A stretch of 60,425 nucleotides of DNA, filler included, from Basidiobolus meristosporus CBS 931.73 (lineage: Eukaryota > Fungi > Basidiobolomycota), in assembly GCA_002104905.1 (NCBI GenBank). It is 3 parts of 3 records of this genome, joined end to end, with 100 filler letters (N's around TTAATTAATTAA, not from the genome) between each part and the next. Parts side by side here need not be neighbours in the genome. Positions count along the whole stretch, not along the records: positions 21,423 to 41,562 come from MCFE01001010.1; positions 41,663 to 60,425 come from MCFE01001047.1; 1 more part is not named here. One strand, 5' to 3'. Numbering within the stretch: position 1 is the first letter of the stretch; every line of letters starts with the position of its first letter. Made by a program: the position numbers and the translations under genes. Below the pieces are notes generated by a model. The model did not search any database, was not told the DNA's origin, and saw only the letters and a program-made list of their open reading frames with translations. Positions 33,805 to 45,339 of the stretch are shown in pieces.

Positions 33805-35955
33805 ACTGTTATGATTAGACACAAGGCAGGAGAGTAGGGCTAGGCAAGGCAGGACCAGGAAAGGACTTGTGTATGAATTGACAAGGCAAGGCAGATTTCC
33901 AAGGCAAGGTGGGTCATTCAAGACCTGTATTTATCAGACTGAGGAATACATAAGGGGGGATAGGACTATATATACTTTTTGGCAATATGGATGCCAAGAG
34001 ATATTGGCTAATACTGATGGGGTTCTGGGGTGAGGCACAGTAAGTGTGCCAAGATAGAATATACTAAAGAGCAGACTGGAATATCACATGGAGATGTGTC
34101 ATGGGTCAGTTGATCATATGACTAGGTCATGTGACATGTAACTACCATTTATGGCATGGGACTACATAGGTTCTAATGGGAAGCTTCCATAGAATGCTCT
34201 ATTGTGTAACATTGACTTGGAGCTTTCAAGAAGTTGCTAGAATGTTGTAGAACTTTCTAGAGGGAACTGGGATTTCTTCACTGACTTAATTTGTCTAGAT
34301 AATCAGAGACCAGGGATGTCATGTGATCATGACATCTTCCTCTAGAAGTTCACCTTCTAATTTGTCAAGGTACCCACTTACCCACTGTCAGATACTCTGG
34401 GACTGTTGCCTTGATGAGTCCTGTATGTATTGCTCTTGGCAGCCACCTAGCCCTACTAATATATCATGTAGCTCTTTAGTCATTCAAGGCAAAAACTCAA
34501 TCAAAATCTCTTTGGTTCCTAATTTTGTGGCACAAACAGACATATCATTCCTGTACTGTGCAAATTACATGCTGAATTGTTTGTGCAGATTCCTCATCAA
34601 ATCCCCTCACTCTCAGCTCATTCTTGATTTTAATATTTGCATTCTTGTATATCTTCCTAATACATTTGCTGGCATGTTGATGTAGTACTCATGCCACAGC
34701 TTTCTACTCAGATTCTTCCATCTTTGTCAACTGTCTGAGGCACTTAGTACTGCTTATCATAGACACTTAGGCCATACCAAGATCATTTGGCAAGAACTTG
34801 AATGGATCTGACATTGACTCTTCTGGTCCAGACCATGCTTGTGAGCTGGGGGATGGGTTTTGTCTGGGTTGTATTGAAGATGTGTTGAGACTTTGTATAG
34901 GGACCATAGTGACAGATTTGGGTACTTATACAGTAGTATATTGGTATCAACCAGGTCTTATATAAAGTATATATGAAAACTAATATGATTATTGAGTTCT
35001 CCATATATTATGTATGATGCATTGTGTAATAAATTGACACAGATCTGATCCCATCAATTGCAGATTTCCTATTTAATTATAGACTTGTGATTAAATCATT
35101 AATAATTTCACAAAGTCATTGTTTGAGGATGATTTTTGCAACATAATCATGGGCTTCATGGCAATTGATAGAGATTCAATCTTGATGTATGGAAACCAAA
35201 TAAATTAAGCTAATTGCACCAAGTCAATTCATATCACCTCTACTTCATCATGAGCCAGTTTTTATGTGACTTGGTCATCTGGATGGTGTTAACTCATAAA
35301 TCCCATCACTACCACCTAATTTCCTTTTGACAGATTAGATGCCACCTATACCAGGCACTGTGGACCATCTACCCCAATCTTCTTAAGGAGATCCCTTGTT
35401 AAACTTTTAAGCTATTACAAGAACTATTGCCCTACCAGGTTTCATCTCACCACTCATGGCAACAGTAGTGCTTGAAGCTTTCATTTCCAGCTGACAGCAA
35501 TGGAGTCCCACCACTATGAAAAAAGTATTGAAATGATCCCATCAAAAGGCCGTCACAAAGCTAGAGTCCCATGACTAAGAGGTACTGATCTTGTTGGGAC
35601 ATTGTCCAGAGACCATTGAAAAATAATTGCACCCCAGATTTCACAAAAAACTTAGTCAAAATTTTTCACTGCAACAATGTATAAGTGGCTTTGGTTGGTT
35701 TCCTGCCAATTTACTCACTCTCTGATCCTGGACACTCTATTGCCTCCTACACTTGTGTGAATTGATTGACAATTGCCTCTTTTTCATACTCCCTACTTCC
35801 TGACTCAACTGTTTCTCTTACTTTCCATGTGTACAAATTGATTTATATCCATTGAAACTTCAGTTTTATCTCAATTGCCAATTGTATTGACCTAAACAAG
35901 TCTCTATACTCTACACTAACATTATGCCCAACCTCACACTCAACAAGTAACTCCA

Positions 35956-37900
35956 TTAAAAGCCATCACTCAATAAGTACTTCTGCTGTAACACTCTGAT
36001 TCCACAACTTGGTGGGAACCTAACAGCTTTATGCCACTGTTCATTCACTAGGTCCAACATGTCCTGGTCTTCAGCTAGCACTGTAAGGTCTAGCTCCTCA
36101 TCTGCCAGTCTTTGCAATAAATCCTTGCAATATAACAGTGCATTTTCTTGAGCACTGCTCTTGAAGAAGAGCTGCAACCTCTTGGTGTGCCTATTAATGT
36201 TCAAATCTCCACTGAAGGCATTGTGATAGTCATTTGAGCTCTTGACATTGTAGCCTTGTCTGTCAGTGGGATCTCCACTTGGTCAACAATGGAGGCTGTG
36301 GAGGCTGTGGTAGACAAATTGCCTTTTTCAGCACACTCATCTACCTTGCTGGAGTATTGCTCAACTGGCCACGCTTCCAACTCTTGTGAAAACAACTGTT
36401 TTCATGTTGCTGATTCTTCTTGGCTATGATGGGATTCAGTCTGTTCCAGGCTTGCGGCATTAATTGGCAAGAACTGCAGTTTTTTTTTGCATGCCTCCCT
36501 GTCTCAGGTTTGGGTAGACATTTTTCCCTTTACCTTTTCCTTTATCACTGCCAGGTCTTTCACTGATATTTTGTCTGAGTGCTTCTTGTAAAGAACTAGG
36601 TTTTCTCCTGGATAAATTCTGCTCTGATGCATCTGTTTTGGCCTTCTTGTCCCTTGCTGGCACTCTCCTGGCAACCTGATGTTTCTTTTCAGCTTGTTTG
36701 AGCTCTCAACCATTGTTGTGATGGGCTCCTGTAAAAGCGGCTGGTTTTTATCTCTGCCAGGTCCTTAAGCTGCTACTTTGACTGGGTGCTTCTTGAGTGG
36801 TACTATGCTTTTTCCTTGATAAATGTTGTGCTGGTGCATCCATGTCTGCCTGCTTGTCCCTAATTGGCGCTCTTCCAGCTACCTGATGTCTCTTTGATGC
36901 TTGTCTGGAGCTTTCAGCCCTGCTTGTAATGGGCTCTTGAGGAAGCTGCTGGTTTTTAGCCATGGCACCCTTGTGCTTCTTCCTTTGATAGTTTCTGCTA
37001 TTCTTAAGATACTCTCCTAGCATACCAATGCTGGCCCAAAATCTATTTGCCTGTTTCAATCCAGGATAATGCTCATGAAACAATTCAAGTGCTTTCAGCC
37101 TGGCCTTGAGTTCCTGAAGGTCCCATGGTATGCTGGCCTTAGGGTGATGGCATGCTGGACTTCTGATAGCCTCTTGAGTATTAGCCGACTCTTCATTATT
37201 GCACTCAACAGCTTCACAGATCTTTGATGTCTTTAGATTCTTAGGCTTTAGTATAAACACCACATTGTCTCCCTGCCATGATGTGATAGGTTTTCTGTGG
37301 GCTTTGTCTTTAGGCACTGTTGTTGTGCTTCAATGACTGTATGGTGTTCTTCTGCTGTTACCTTGGGAAATGGCTCAATTTTTGGCTGCAACATTGAGCT
37401 ACTTGAGTTCCTTCTTTGCAGCAAAGATACTGCTTTCTCTACCTGGGATATTGATAGCTATACACATATTATCCACTCATCTTGTTTCTGGACTATTTCC
37501 TCTTTTCTCTGGGCCATTGCATCTATCCTATAAGCCACTGCTCCTAATTGCTTCATCAATGCATTGGTATGAGCTTACAACATACTTGCTAATATGGGTG
37601 GTGGCAATGTTATATTGGCCACTTGCTTATCTTCAGCTGAGGATACTCTGCGTGCTACATTCTCATCTGCCTGAGCATAACGGTCAGCTTGTGGCTCTGT
37701 AGAGGTTCTCAATTGCCTACTTGACTGAGAGCCTGAGGAGTCCTCATTATTACCTTTAATAGGCACACTGTCCACAGGGCCTTTTTTGGATGTAGCCCCA
37801 CTTGTTGCACTGAATGTCATAGCAAGCTGTTGTCCAACCATTATTCTGTTGCTGTCAGTGGTGAGGTTTGGTTAAGAGCCCGACAACTTTGCTTTGTTTT
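35956..37900 (-). pseudogene. CACTA accessory ORF of unknown function, broken into several frames, divergent from the transposase
   Basis: Consecutive ORF pieces 37841-37575, 37317-36748, 36663-36460, 36395-36201 and 36204-35956. A homologous piece recurs at 24275-24694. Confidence 0.6.
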
Positions 37901-38119
37901 TTGGCGGTATATATATGGAATTGAGTCAAACCAAAGGAGAAATAGTGTTATATATACATGTGTATGTGGTGCCACAACTTTATTTATAATGCTCACTATG
38001 GCAGGTCATCATTGATTCTGACATTCATGTAGGTGCAATGTCTCAAATACAACTCTTTCTTAAGTTCACATTAGTATTGACCAAAAAGTGATATAATAAA
38101 GTTATGTTTTGAAGGTCAA

Positions 38120-39900
38120 ACAGTTTGCCCCATGGACAAGACTACTTTGACTCAATGCCATCAAAGAAGAGAAAAAAGACCATGTGGCTATTGTGGCAAG
38201 CCTCTCAGCCATGAAGCACGCAGGCAGCATAGGAAATATTACAAGGATCATGACCAGTGTTTTACTACACAAGTCATATTTAGCCATTTACAGGTCACTA
38301 TTGTACAAACAACATCTTGCTGGCCACTTGATACTTCTATAATGGAATCTTGCCATACTTGTCACCATACACAAACTGAGTTAGGTGAGTTTGTGATGCC
38401 ATTAGGCTTGCCCCAGCCTTCTGAGTATGGTATGCTGAGTGATAGCTCTGAAGAAGCAGGCCCACTGATGGATTGTGAGCCTATCTTCCCTAACAACAGC
38501 TCCCTGCATGAGCCCTGCAAAATCACAATATGCAATGAGCAGGTTTTTCTGGTCACAATGGGTAGTATTGCTTATTACTGGAGATACTAAAGATGGGGGG
38601 TATCTGTTGGAGCAAAAGCTTTCTACTGGGAGCAATGCATCTGCTTTTTGATAATATCCCTATACTGATGACCAAGTTGTACATTGGGCATTTAAAACTA
38701 AATGAGCCCTTTGAGATACCATAGAAATTTCAAAGAATTGGTCAGATATAACAGAGTATCTGCAACCCAAAGTACTTCTCACAGGCTCCAATTAATACTC
38801 ATACGCATATGCAACAATACTAATGCAAAGACTAAATGAACTAGATATGTATTTATCCAAGTGGTGCTCTGAAGCCATTCCTATCAACAGTATATTGGAA
38901 GCATTGGGAGTAATAGGTGGATATTGTAGGAATATTCATCCAGAAGTGGATCACCAATGCCAACTTGATGCATCTGCAGCTGTTGTGTGAGGAACTTTTG
39001 ACAGGATTTGCGCAGCCTTACTACAAACATAAAGCTGAATGTGTAGATCTCTGCTGCTACTGTATTCATTCACTACTCCATCTTGCACACTGTGTGGAGA
39101 ATATTGGGCCTTGCTTCACCTTTTGGGAGTTTCCTATGGAGCAGATGTGTGGGGAGATAGGAAGACAAGTTAAGTTGTAGGTACTACCCTATCCCAATCT
39201 CATCAAGAATATTACCTTCAAGTCCATCATGGATGTGATGAGTTGGCACATGGAGGACAGCCAGAAAGGGTTGGAAAATACTGAGGACAAATGTGCACAT
39301 GGAGACACCTATTCCTATAGCATTAAGAAGCTAAGCAGCCCCAATGCATGGGTAATCAGTTACATAATGCAAAGTTGGGTTGGGTGCAACAAGCAACTAA
39401 TTTTTATCAGGAAAACTCTACCAAGATATGTCAGATTTCTCATGGTTGCAAGCCAACTTCTACACCATTCAATATAGAATTCAGACAAACAAAAGCCAGT
39501 GCGCACCTATAAGGGGGACTAGAATCCAGCAGAGAGAAGGAATATATTGGCTAAATACCAAGAAGCTCTTTGCAGATATTTTGGAGGTATTCATGGCAGA
39601 AGTGGCAACAACCAAGCATATGTTTGCAAGATGTATATGTTACCAGCAATACAAGATATATGGCAACTTTGCAAGTATCACACTAAAAAGCCGTAAAGTA
39701 GAGGTGATAGAAGTATGTCAATTGTGGCAGGTGTGCGCATTTGTTGAGGTTAGTAAGCAGGAGCCCATAGTTTTTTTTGATTTGAACTATATGTGGAATA
39801 CCCAAGGTAGTAGTGGGTAAGCAAATAAAAAGTGGTGGTTCTACAGTGGAATATATGAACTGCACAAGGGGAGGTAGAAAAAGTAAATATCATCTGGTAA
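38120..39900 (+). pseudogene. CACTA/EnSpm-type transposase, degenerate
   Basis: N-terminal C..C...H motif (PCGYCGKPLSHEARRQH) and DUF4218-like HSLLHLAHCVENIGPCFTFWEFPMEQMCG. Multiple stops and frameshifts. Confidence 0.8.
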
Positions 39901-41127
39901 ATTTGTATGGTAGCATTATAAAGAACAAGCAGTAGGCCGTCATACTGCTGATAGAATGCCATCAGAGTTATGCTGTGAGGCTGTCATAAAACCATCAAGT
40001 TTCTTGCCATATAGGGCAATTGGATGTCCTGGCCAACTGGATTTATTTAAAATAGCTACAGAGTGCTGAAAGACCACAACAATACTATGCAAATATTGCC
40101 ACAGCACCAATAAAGATCATCAAGTTTTATCCCTTTATTTGGTTGTAAAACTAGCAAAACACCATCATGATCCTGTTATAAGATCAGCAGGAGGGTCACT
40201 AATTCCAAGCTGCTGTTTTTATGGCAGTCTCTAAACGGGATCTTGATGGCTGATCTGTATCGGATCCACCTGTAGGACCAAATTATTTTTCATAGGGCAC
40301 CTTACAGAGGGTATGAATGACTTAGATCAAGCTTGGAATACTAGGCTCCAAAGCTCCAGTAAACTTCCATATCCCAGAGTGTTCAGTAACAGGTTCCATG
40401 TCAGGAGTATTTTGGATACCTTCCCAGTCAGTATCATTAGACCTTCTAGAGGGCACAGGCTCTTTTATTCTGGCAAATACAAGGCACACTATTTGTAGTT
40501 TCTAGTACTTTCCAACCTTAAGGGTAACATCATTGGGTTTAGTGGGACATTTGCTGGAAGTAGGCATTACAAAACACTGTGGATAGGGAATTATTTGGAA
40601 TTCAGTAGATGGGAGAAATGGATGGCAGATTTAGCTTATATAGGAGAGGATTGTCAGAGATTATGGTGTATAACAGCTCATAGGAAGCCAAGAAATGGAG
40701 TGCTTAGCAGGCAGTAGAGGTTTTACAATGAGATATTTAGTCATTTCAGGGTGAGAGTAGAGCATACATTTGGATATCTCAAGAGATTCAGCTTATCAAT
40801 GGGTGAATACAGTGGAAAGTCATATGCAGGAGATAAAGGCAGAATAGGCAAAATAGTTAAGATACTTATTAATGCACATCATATTCATACAAGAAGTCAT
40901 TTACTGAGAGTAATGTGTCTGGAGAATTATGAGACATATATGAAGATAGAAAAGCACTGTTCTGAGCAGCATCAGTAAGATTGTGTATCCCACCATTGGC
41001 ATAATGGTAGAAATTAGAGTGCTAGATTGGTCCAACACTTTATACAGGCTGGCACTATGTGGCACAATCCAACATAACAAGTCTAATATGTAATCCATAT
41101 AGCCCACACGGGATATTGTTATGTACC

Positions 41128-41562
41128 TATGAAAATTATTGTGATGATCCTGTCAAATGGCCATCATGGATTCCAAGTCCTGTGACTAAGAGGTATTGAT
41201 TCCATTAGGACACTGTGGAATGACTGTCAAGAAATAATTGCACCCCAGATATCATAAAAATTGGTCAAAATTTCTCATCACAACATTACAAAAGTGGCTT
41301 TTTGATTGGTTCTTTGCTAATTTCTCACTTTCAAATCCCAGATACTCTTTCACCTCCTACGCTTGAGTGCATTGATTGGCTATTGCCTTTTTTTCACACT
41401 CCTTACTACCTGACTCAATTGTTTCTCTTACTTTTCATGCATACAAATTGTTTTTATTTCCATTGAAACTTCAGTTGTACCTCAATTGCCACCTGAATTG
41501 ACCTATCCAAGTCCCTATTCCCTACACTAACAGTAAGTCCAGCCTTACACTCAACAAGTAAC
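41128..41562. mobile_element. Left end of another CACTA copy, cut by the contig end
   Basis: Direct repeat of 35512-35950 starting CCTATGAAAATTATTG. Confidence 0.8.
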
Positions 41563-41662
41563 NNNNNNNNNNNNNNNNNNNNNNNNNNNNNNNNNNNNNN
41601 NNNNNNTTAATTAATTAANNNNNNNNNNNNNNNNNNNNNNNNNNNNNNNNNNNNNNNNNNNN
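41563..41662. other. Artificial contig spacer (N44-TTAATTAATTAA-N44)
   Basis: Identical to the first gap. Confidence 0.95.
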
Positions 41663-44510
41663 TAGCCCCATTGTTGATCTTTATGCAGTAGGTATATTTT
41701 TGCAACCTCGATATACCGAATCCGGCATATCCCAAGGTGTTCGTTTCCGTAGTGTTGGCGTCTATCACCAATCTACTTACCAGATCTTGCTATAAATATA
41801 CTGCCACAGTTACCTTTGTGGGAGAGCAAGTCATATTTTTTGAAATGTTCTGTATATTTGGCGCACAAGTAGGTCCAATCACAAATGGCCTTTGAAGCCA
41901 GGGTCTAAATTGACCATAACATAGGTGCACTCATTCAGTCAACAGGGCATCGGTATATTCTAGTATTAGATAGTGTGCAACAAATAGACTATCTATGGCC
42001 TTTTGTGGGCCATGGTACATTCTCGCGGATTTGATGCCGCTTAACCTAGACTCAACACCACACAGCAACTAGTCCACATCGCGAAAATAGAAATGGCTCG
42101 AGATGCTTGGAGTGAAGTGACTGACTCCAAAGTACCACTGGGATGCCGAGTACAACAACCCTGCAGTATAGATCCGTCAGCCTATGATGCAACATGTCAG
42201 GAGTGGATAAATTCATACCGAAGAACGCATTATAAAAGGACGGCTGTCAAATACGTATCCGTGTACTACTTTCCACCTTCCGAAACCTTCACCGTTAAGC
42301 CGAATATTCCGCCTACAGGGTCTCCGCTACCTAGCCTTGCACCATTCTGCAAAGGAGTTGCTCTGCTCACTTGACTTCCGATACATGGCAGAATATCTCT
42401 GAATACCGGGCCGTAGATGATTCGAAATGTAACACGGAATAAAACGTTTACCAGTGATATTTTTGTATTTTGTTTATTGAACGAGCTGGGACATACTAAG
42501 CTAAAGTCTGAGGATGGAAAGTCCCTAGCTAGATTGTTTCCGTTGACAAAGTGTTCTTATATTCTCTTATTTACGGTATCATCCATATACTGAATAATTG
42601 GTTTACGGTATGGTAGTGATTCCAACCTTCGGGAGAACTCTGTATGTTGCTAAAGCTATATGAAATAATATTTAATCAGGCTCGATATAGAACAATGGTA
42701 TTCACGCTTCAAGTTTTAAAAGCATTGGTCTTTTCCTTTAATTCGTAATATCAACCATTGCCACACCGTTCTGGAGGCCAAATTGCATATACCATTAATC
42801 TCTATCTTCGTGGTTGACTTGTCAGTCTCTACTAACTAGGAGTTTTGGTGGTGATCTTGATATCCCAAATGTGGTAAATCCACCGCGTGAGTTTTTTGCA
42901 CCTATGCCCTCAAATTCTCCTTTAGTTATTATCAGTACCATTTGGGAGGTTAGATCTGATTTGAATATGAGTCTTGCACTTGGCAGTGTTCTGTATTGAT
43001 CTCAAGCTACCGGGTTTGTTTGAGAAGTTTTATCATAGATGTTTTGCTATTTTCGTCGAAGCCAAGTTCATTGGTACTTGTTCACATCGATGAGGCACCG
43101 GTATATTCTTATGTTAGGTAGTACGCGACGAATGGATTATCTACGGCTGTGGATGGAAGTAATCGATTCTACAGTAATCAACAGTTATCCAAGTGTTTTT
43201 ACGTCCTGGTGATAATTCATTTTTTCACCATACTGAAAATGTGCAGTTTGTATCAACCGTGACCCCGATTAATGGTTTACGGTATGGCTGTGAATCCATC
43301 CAACTTTTGATTTGAGGTGGTTTCTGTATGACTCTGTATGTTGCTAAAGCCGCATAAAATAATATCTAATCAGAGAACCCAACGGCTCGATACAGAACAG
43401 TGGAATACACCCTCCATGTTTCAAAAACATGTTTCAAAAACATTGGTTTTTTCTTTTTAATTCTTAATATCAGTCACAGCGAAATCCAGGCCCTACAACA
43501 AATTACCGAACTGCACATTCTGCTAATCTCTTAGTAGTTGCCATGTCAGACTCTACCAATTAGGATCTTTGATATCCCAAATCTGATAAATCGAACCAGC
43601 TGGACGCTTACACAGCGTTTATTTCTTGCTCATATATCTTCAAACCCTCCTTTGGTTTTTATCATTAAGCCGTATACACATCAACGCGGCCCCAGCACAA
43701 TCTTGTATTACATAGTACTCAAAAACCGGATAATCTACAATTGCTTGGGGCCAAGGTATATTCTGATCACGCCAAAAATATACTTCTTCAGTTACCATCT
43801 GTCCCCTTGCGTAAGGAGAAGTGTAATTCAATGAAGGCAAGTCATATTCTGTGAAATGTTCTGTGTAGATCGAAGGCATCTGAATTTGGCGCACAAGTAG
43901 GTCCAATCACAAATGGCCTTTGAAGCCAGGGTCTAAATTGACCATAACATGGGTGCACTCATTCAGTCAACAGGGCATCGGTATATTCTAGTATTAGATA
44001 GTGTGCAACAAATAGACTATCTATGGCCTTTTGTGGACCAAGGTACATTGTCGCGGATTTGATGCCGCTTTATTTGGAATTAATACTACACAGTCACCAG
44101 TCCAAATAGGGAAGATTACGAAAATAGAAATGGCTTGAGATACTTGGAGGGAAGTGACTGACTCCGAAGTACCTGGTGCATGGATCCGGCGGCTCATTAC
44201 GCAATATGTAAAGAGTGGATAAATCAATACCGAAGAATAAAAGGAAGGCTGTCAACTGATGAGCAATTCTTGCCATAGACGCACTATAAATTGAGGAGTG
44301 TTGCTTGACAAACGTTGTACTACTTTCCACTCTCCAAAAGCCTCACCGTTAAGCCGATTATTCCGCCTACAAGGTCTCCGCTACCCAGCCTTGCATCTGG
44401 AGCTCACCATTCTGCAAAGTGTTGCTACGCTCACTTGACTTCCGGCTCGTTTCCGATCATCTCTGAACGCCAGGCCACGGACGAAAAGCTAATGTATCGA
44501 TTGTATTGAC
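41663..44510 (+). pseudogene. Tandem decayed copies of an NB-ARC/STAND-like P-loop NTPase gene
   Basis: Direct repeats 41800-42460 vs 43790-44540 and 42590-42960 vs 43260-43660. Walker A relic IT*YSKTG*STIAW (43707-43748) and Walker B-like RYILVLDSVQ (about 43980-44008, also about 41950-41980). A recurring DIPN..NP..F pre-P-loop segment. CpGs are retained, unlike in neighbouring TEs. Confidence 0.45.
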
Positions 44511-44719
44511 GAGAAATGTAGCGTGGAATAAAACGTTTGCCAGTGATATTAAGTATTTTCTGGGACAAGTAAATTAGAAATGAGCAATCCTTAGGTGGAT
44601 TAATGCATTTGGGTAAGAGATATGCAAAATCAATACCAAAACGCAAGACAATCAGCATTTACATCAATAGTGATATTTTCTTCCTATTGCTACGGATATA
44701 CCAGCCGAGGCTCATATAT

Positions 44720-45330
44720 GTGAGCGCTGGTGGTTTGCAATTGGCAAGATTTTCTAATATAGTGGTTTGTGCTTGTAATGAAATAATGTTATAAATCAAT
44801 ATAATGATGTTGCTGGCCTTGATGTGGAAAACTGTTGGCATTACAACAGCAGTATAGCAGCCTACAGCTAGTACTGTACAATGCTACCATACCAGTTTAC
44901 CAAATGGGATTTCCTTTTGCTACCTCCCCTTGCACCATTCCTATATTCCATTGTAGAATCACCCCAATTTATTTGCTTACCCACTGCCACCATAGGTATT
45001 CCACATATGGTCAAATCAAAAAGAACTATGGCCTCTTGCTTACTAACCTCCACATACACACACCAGCTGCAACTGATATACTTCTATCACCTCAATTTTA
45101 CAGCTATTCAGTGTGATACTTACAAAGTTGCCATATACCTTGTATTGCTGATAACATATACATCTTGCAAACACAACCTTGCTTACATCCACTTTTGTCA
45201 TGAACACCTCTTAAATATCCACAAAATACACTCTGGTGCTTAGCCAATGTATTCCATCTATCTGCTGGACTCTAATCCCCCTTATAAGTGCATTTTGTTT
45301 CTTGTTTGTATAAATTCTGTATTAAATGGT
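44720..45330 (-). mobile_element. Fragment of the CACTA transposase 3' region
   Basis: Reverse complement aligns with about 39430-40100 (YVEVSKQEAIVLFDL vs FVEVSKQEPIVFFDL). Confidence 0.8.
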
Positions 45331-45339
45331 GTAAGAATG

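Larger units (their letters stand above)
26874..34334 (-). mobile_element. Full-length Ty3/gypsy chromovirus, degenerate, with nested LTRs
   Basis: 5' LTR 33807-34334 and internally deleted 3' LTR 26874-27053. TSD TCTTC on both sides, PPT at about 27055-27078. gag 33387-32581, protease ALKDTGAS (32458-31715), RT YLDDILIYS (30560-29775), RNase H ETDASD, integrase HDSIAMGH..C..C and ISMDFIT (28618-27776), chromodomain EFEVQQVLD..YLVDW (about 27300-27191). Confidence 0.93.
35512..40297. mobile_element. Complete CACTA (CMC/EnSpm) DNA transposon, 4786 bp
   Basis: Left TIR CACTATGAAAAAAGTATTG and right TIR (reverse complement) CCCTATGAAAAATAATTTG. A 3-bp TSD CAC at 35509-35511 and 40298-40300. Transposase relic inside. 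Confidence 0.88.
34340..41125 (-). mobile_element. Degenerate copia pol region (34340-35511 plus 40298-41125), split by the CACTA element
   Basis: Decayed RT motifs (..LAK*SWYGL, equivalent to LKKSLYGL). CpG-depleted and interrupted at a 3-bp TSD. Confidence 0.55.
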
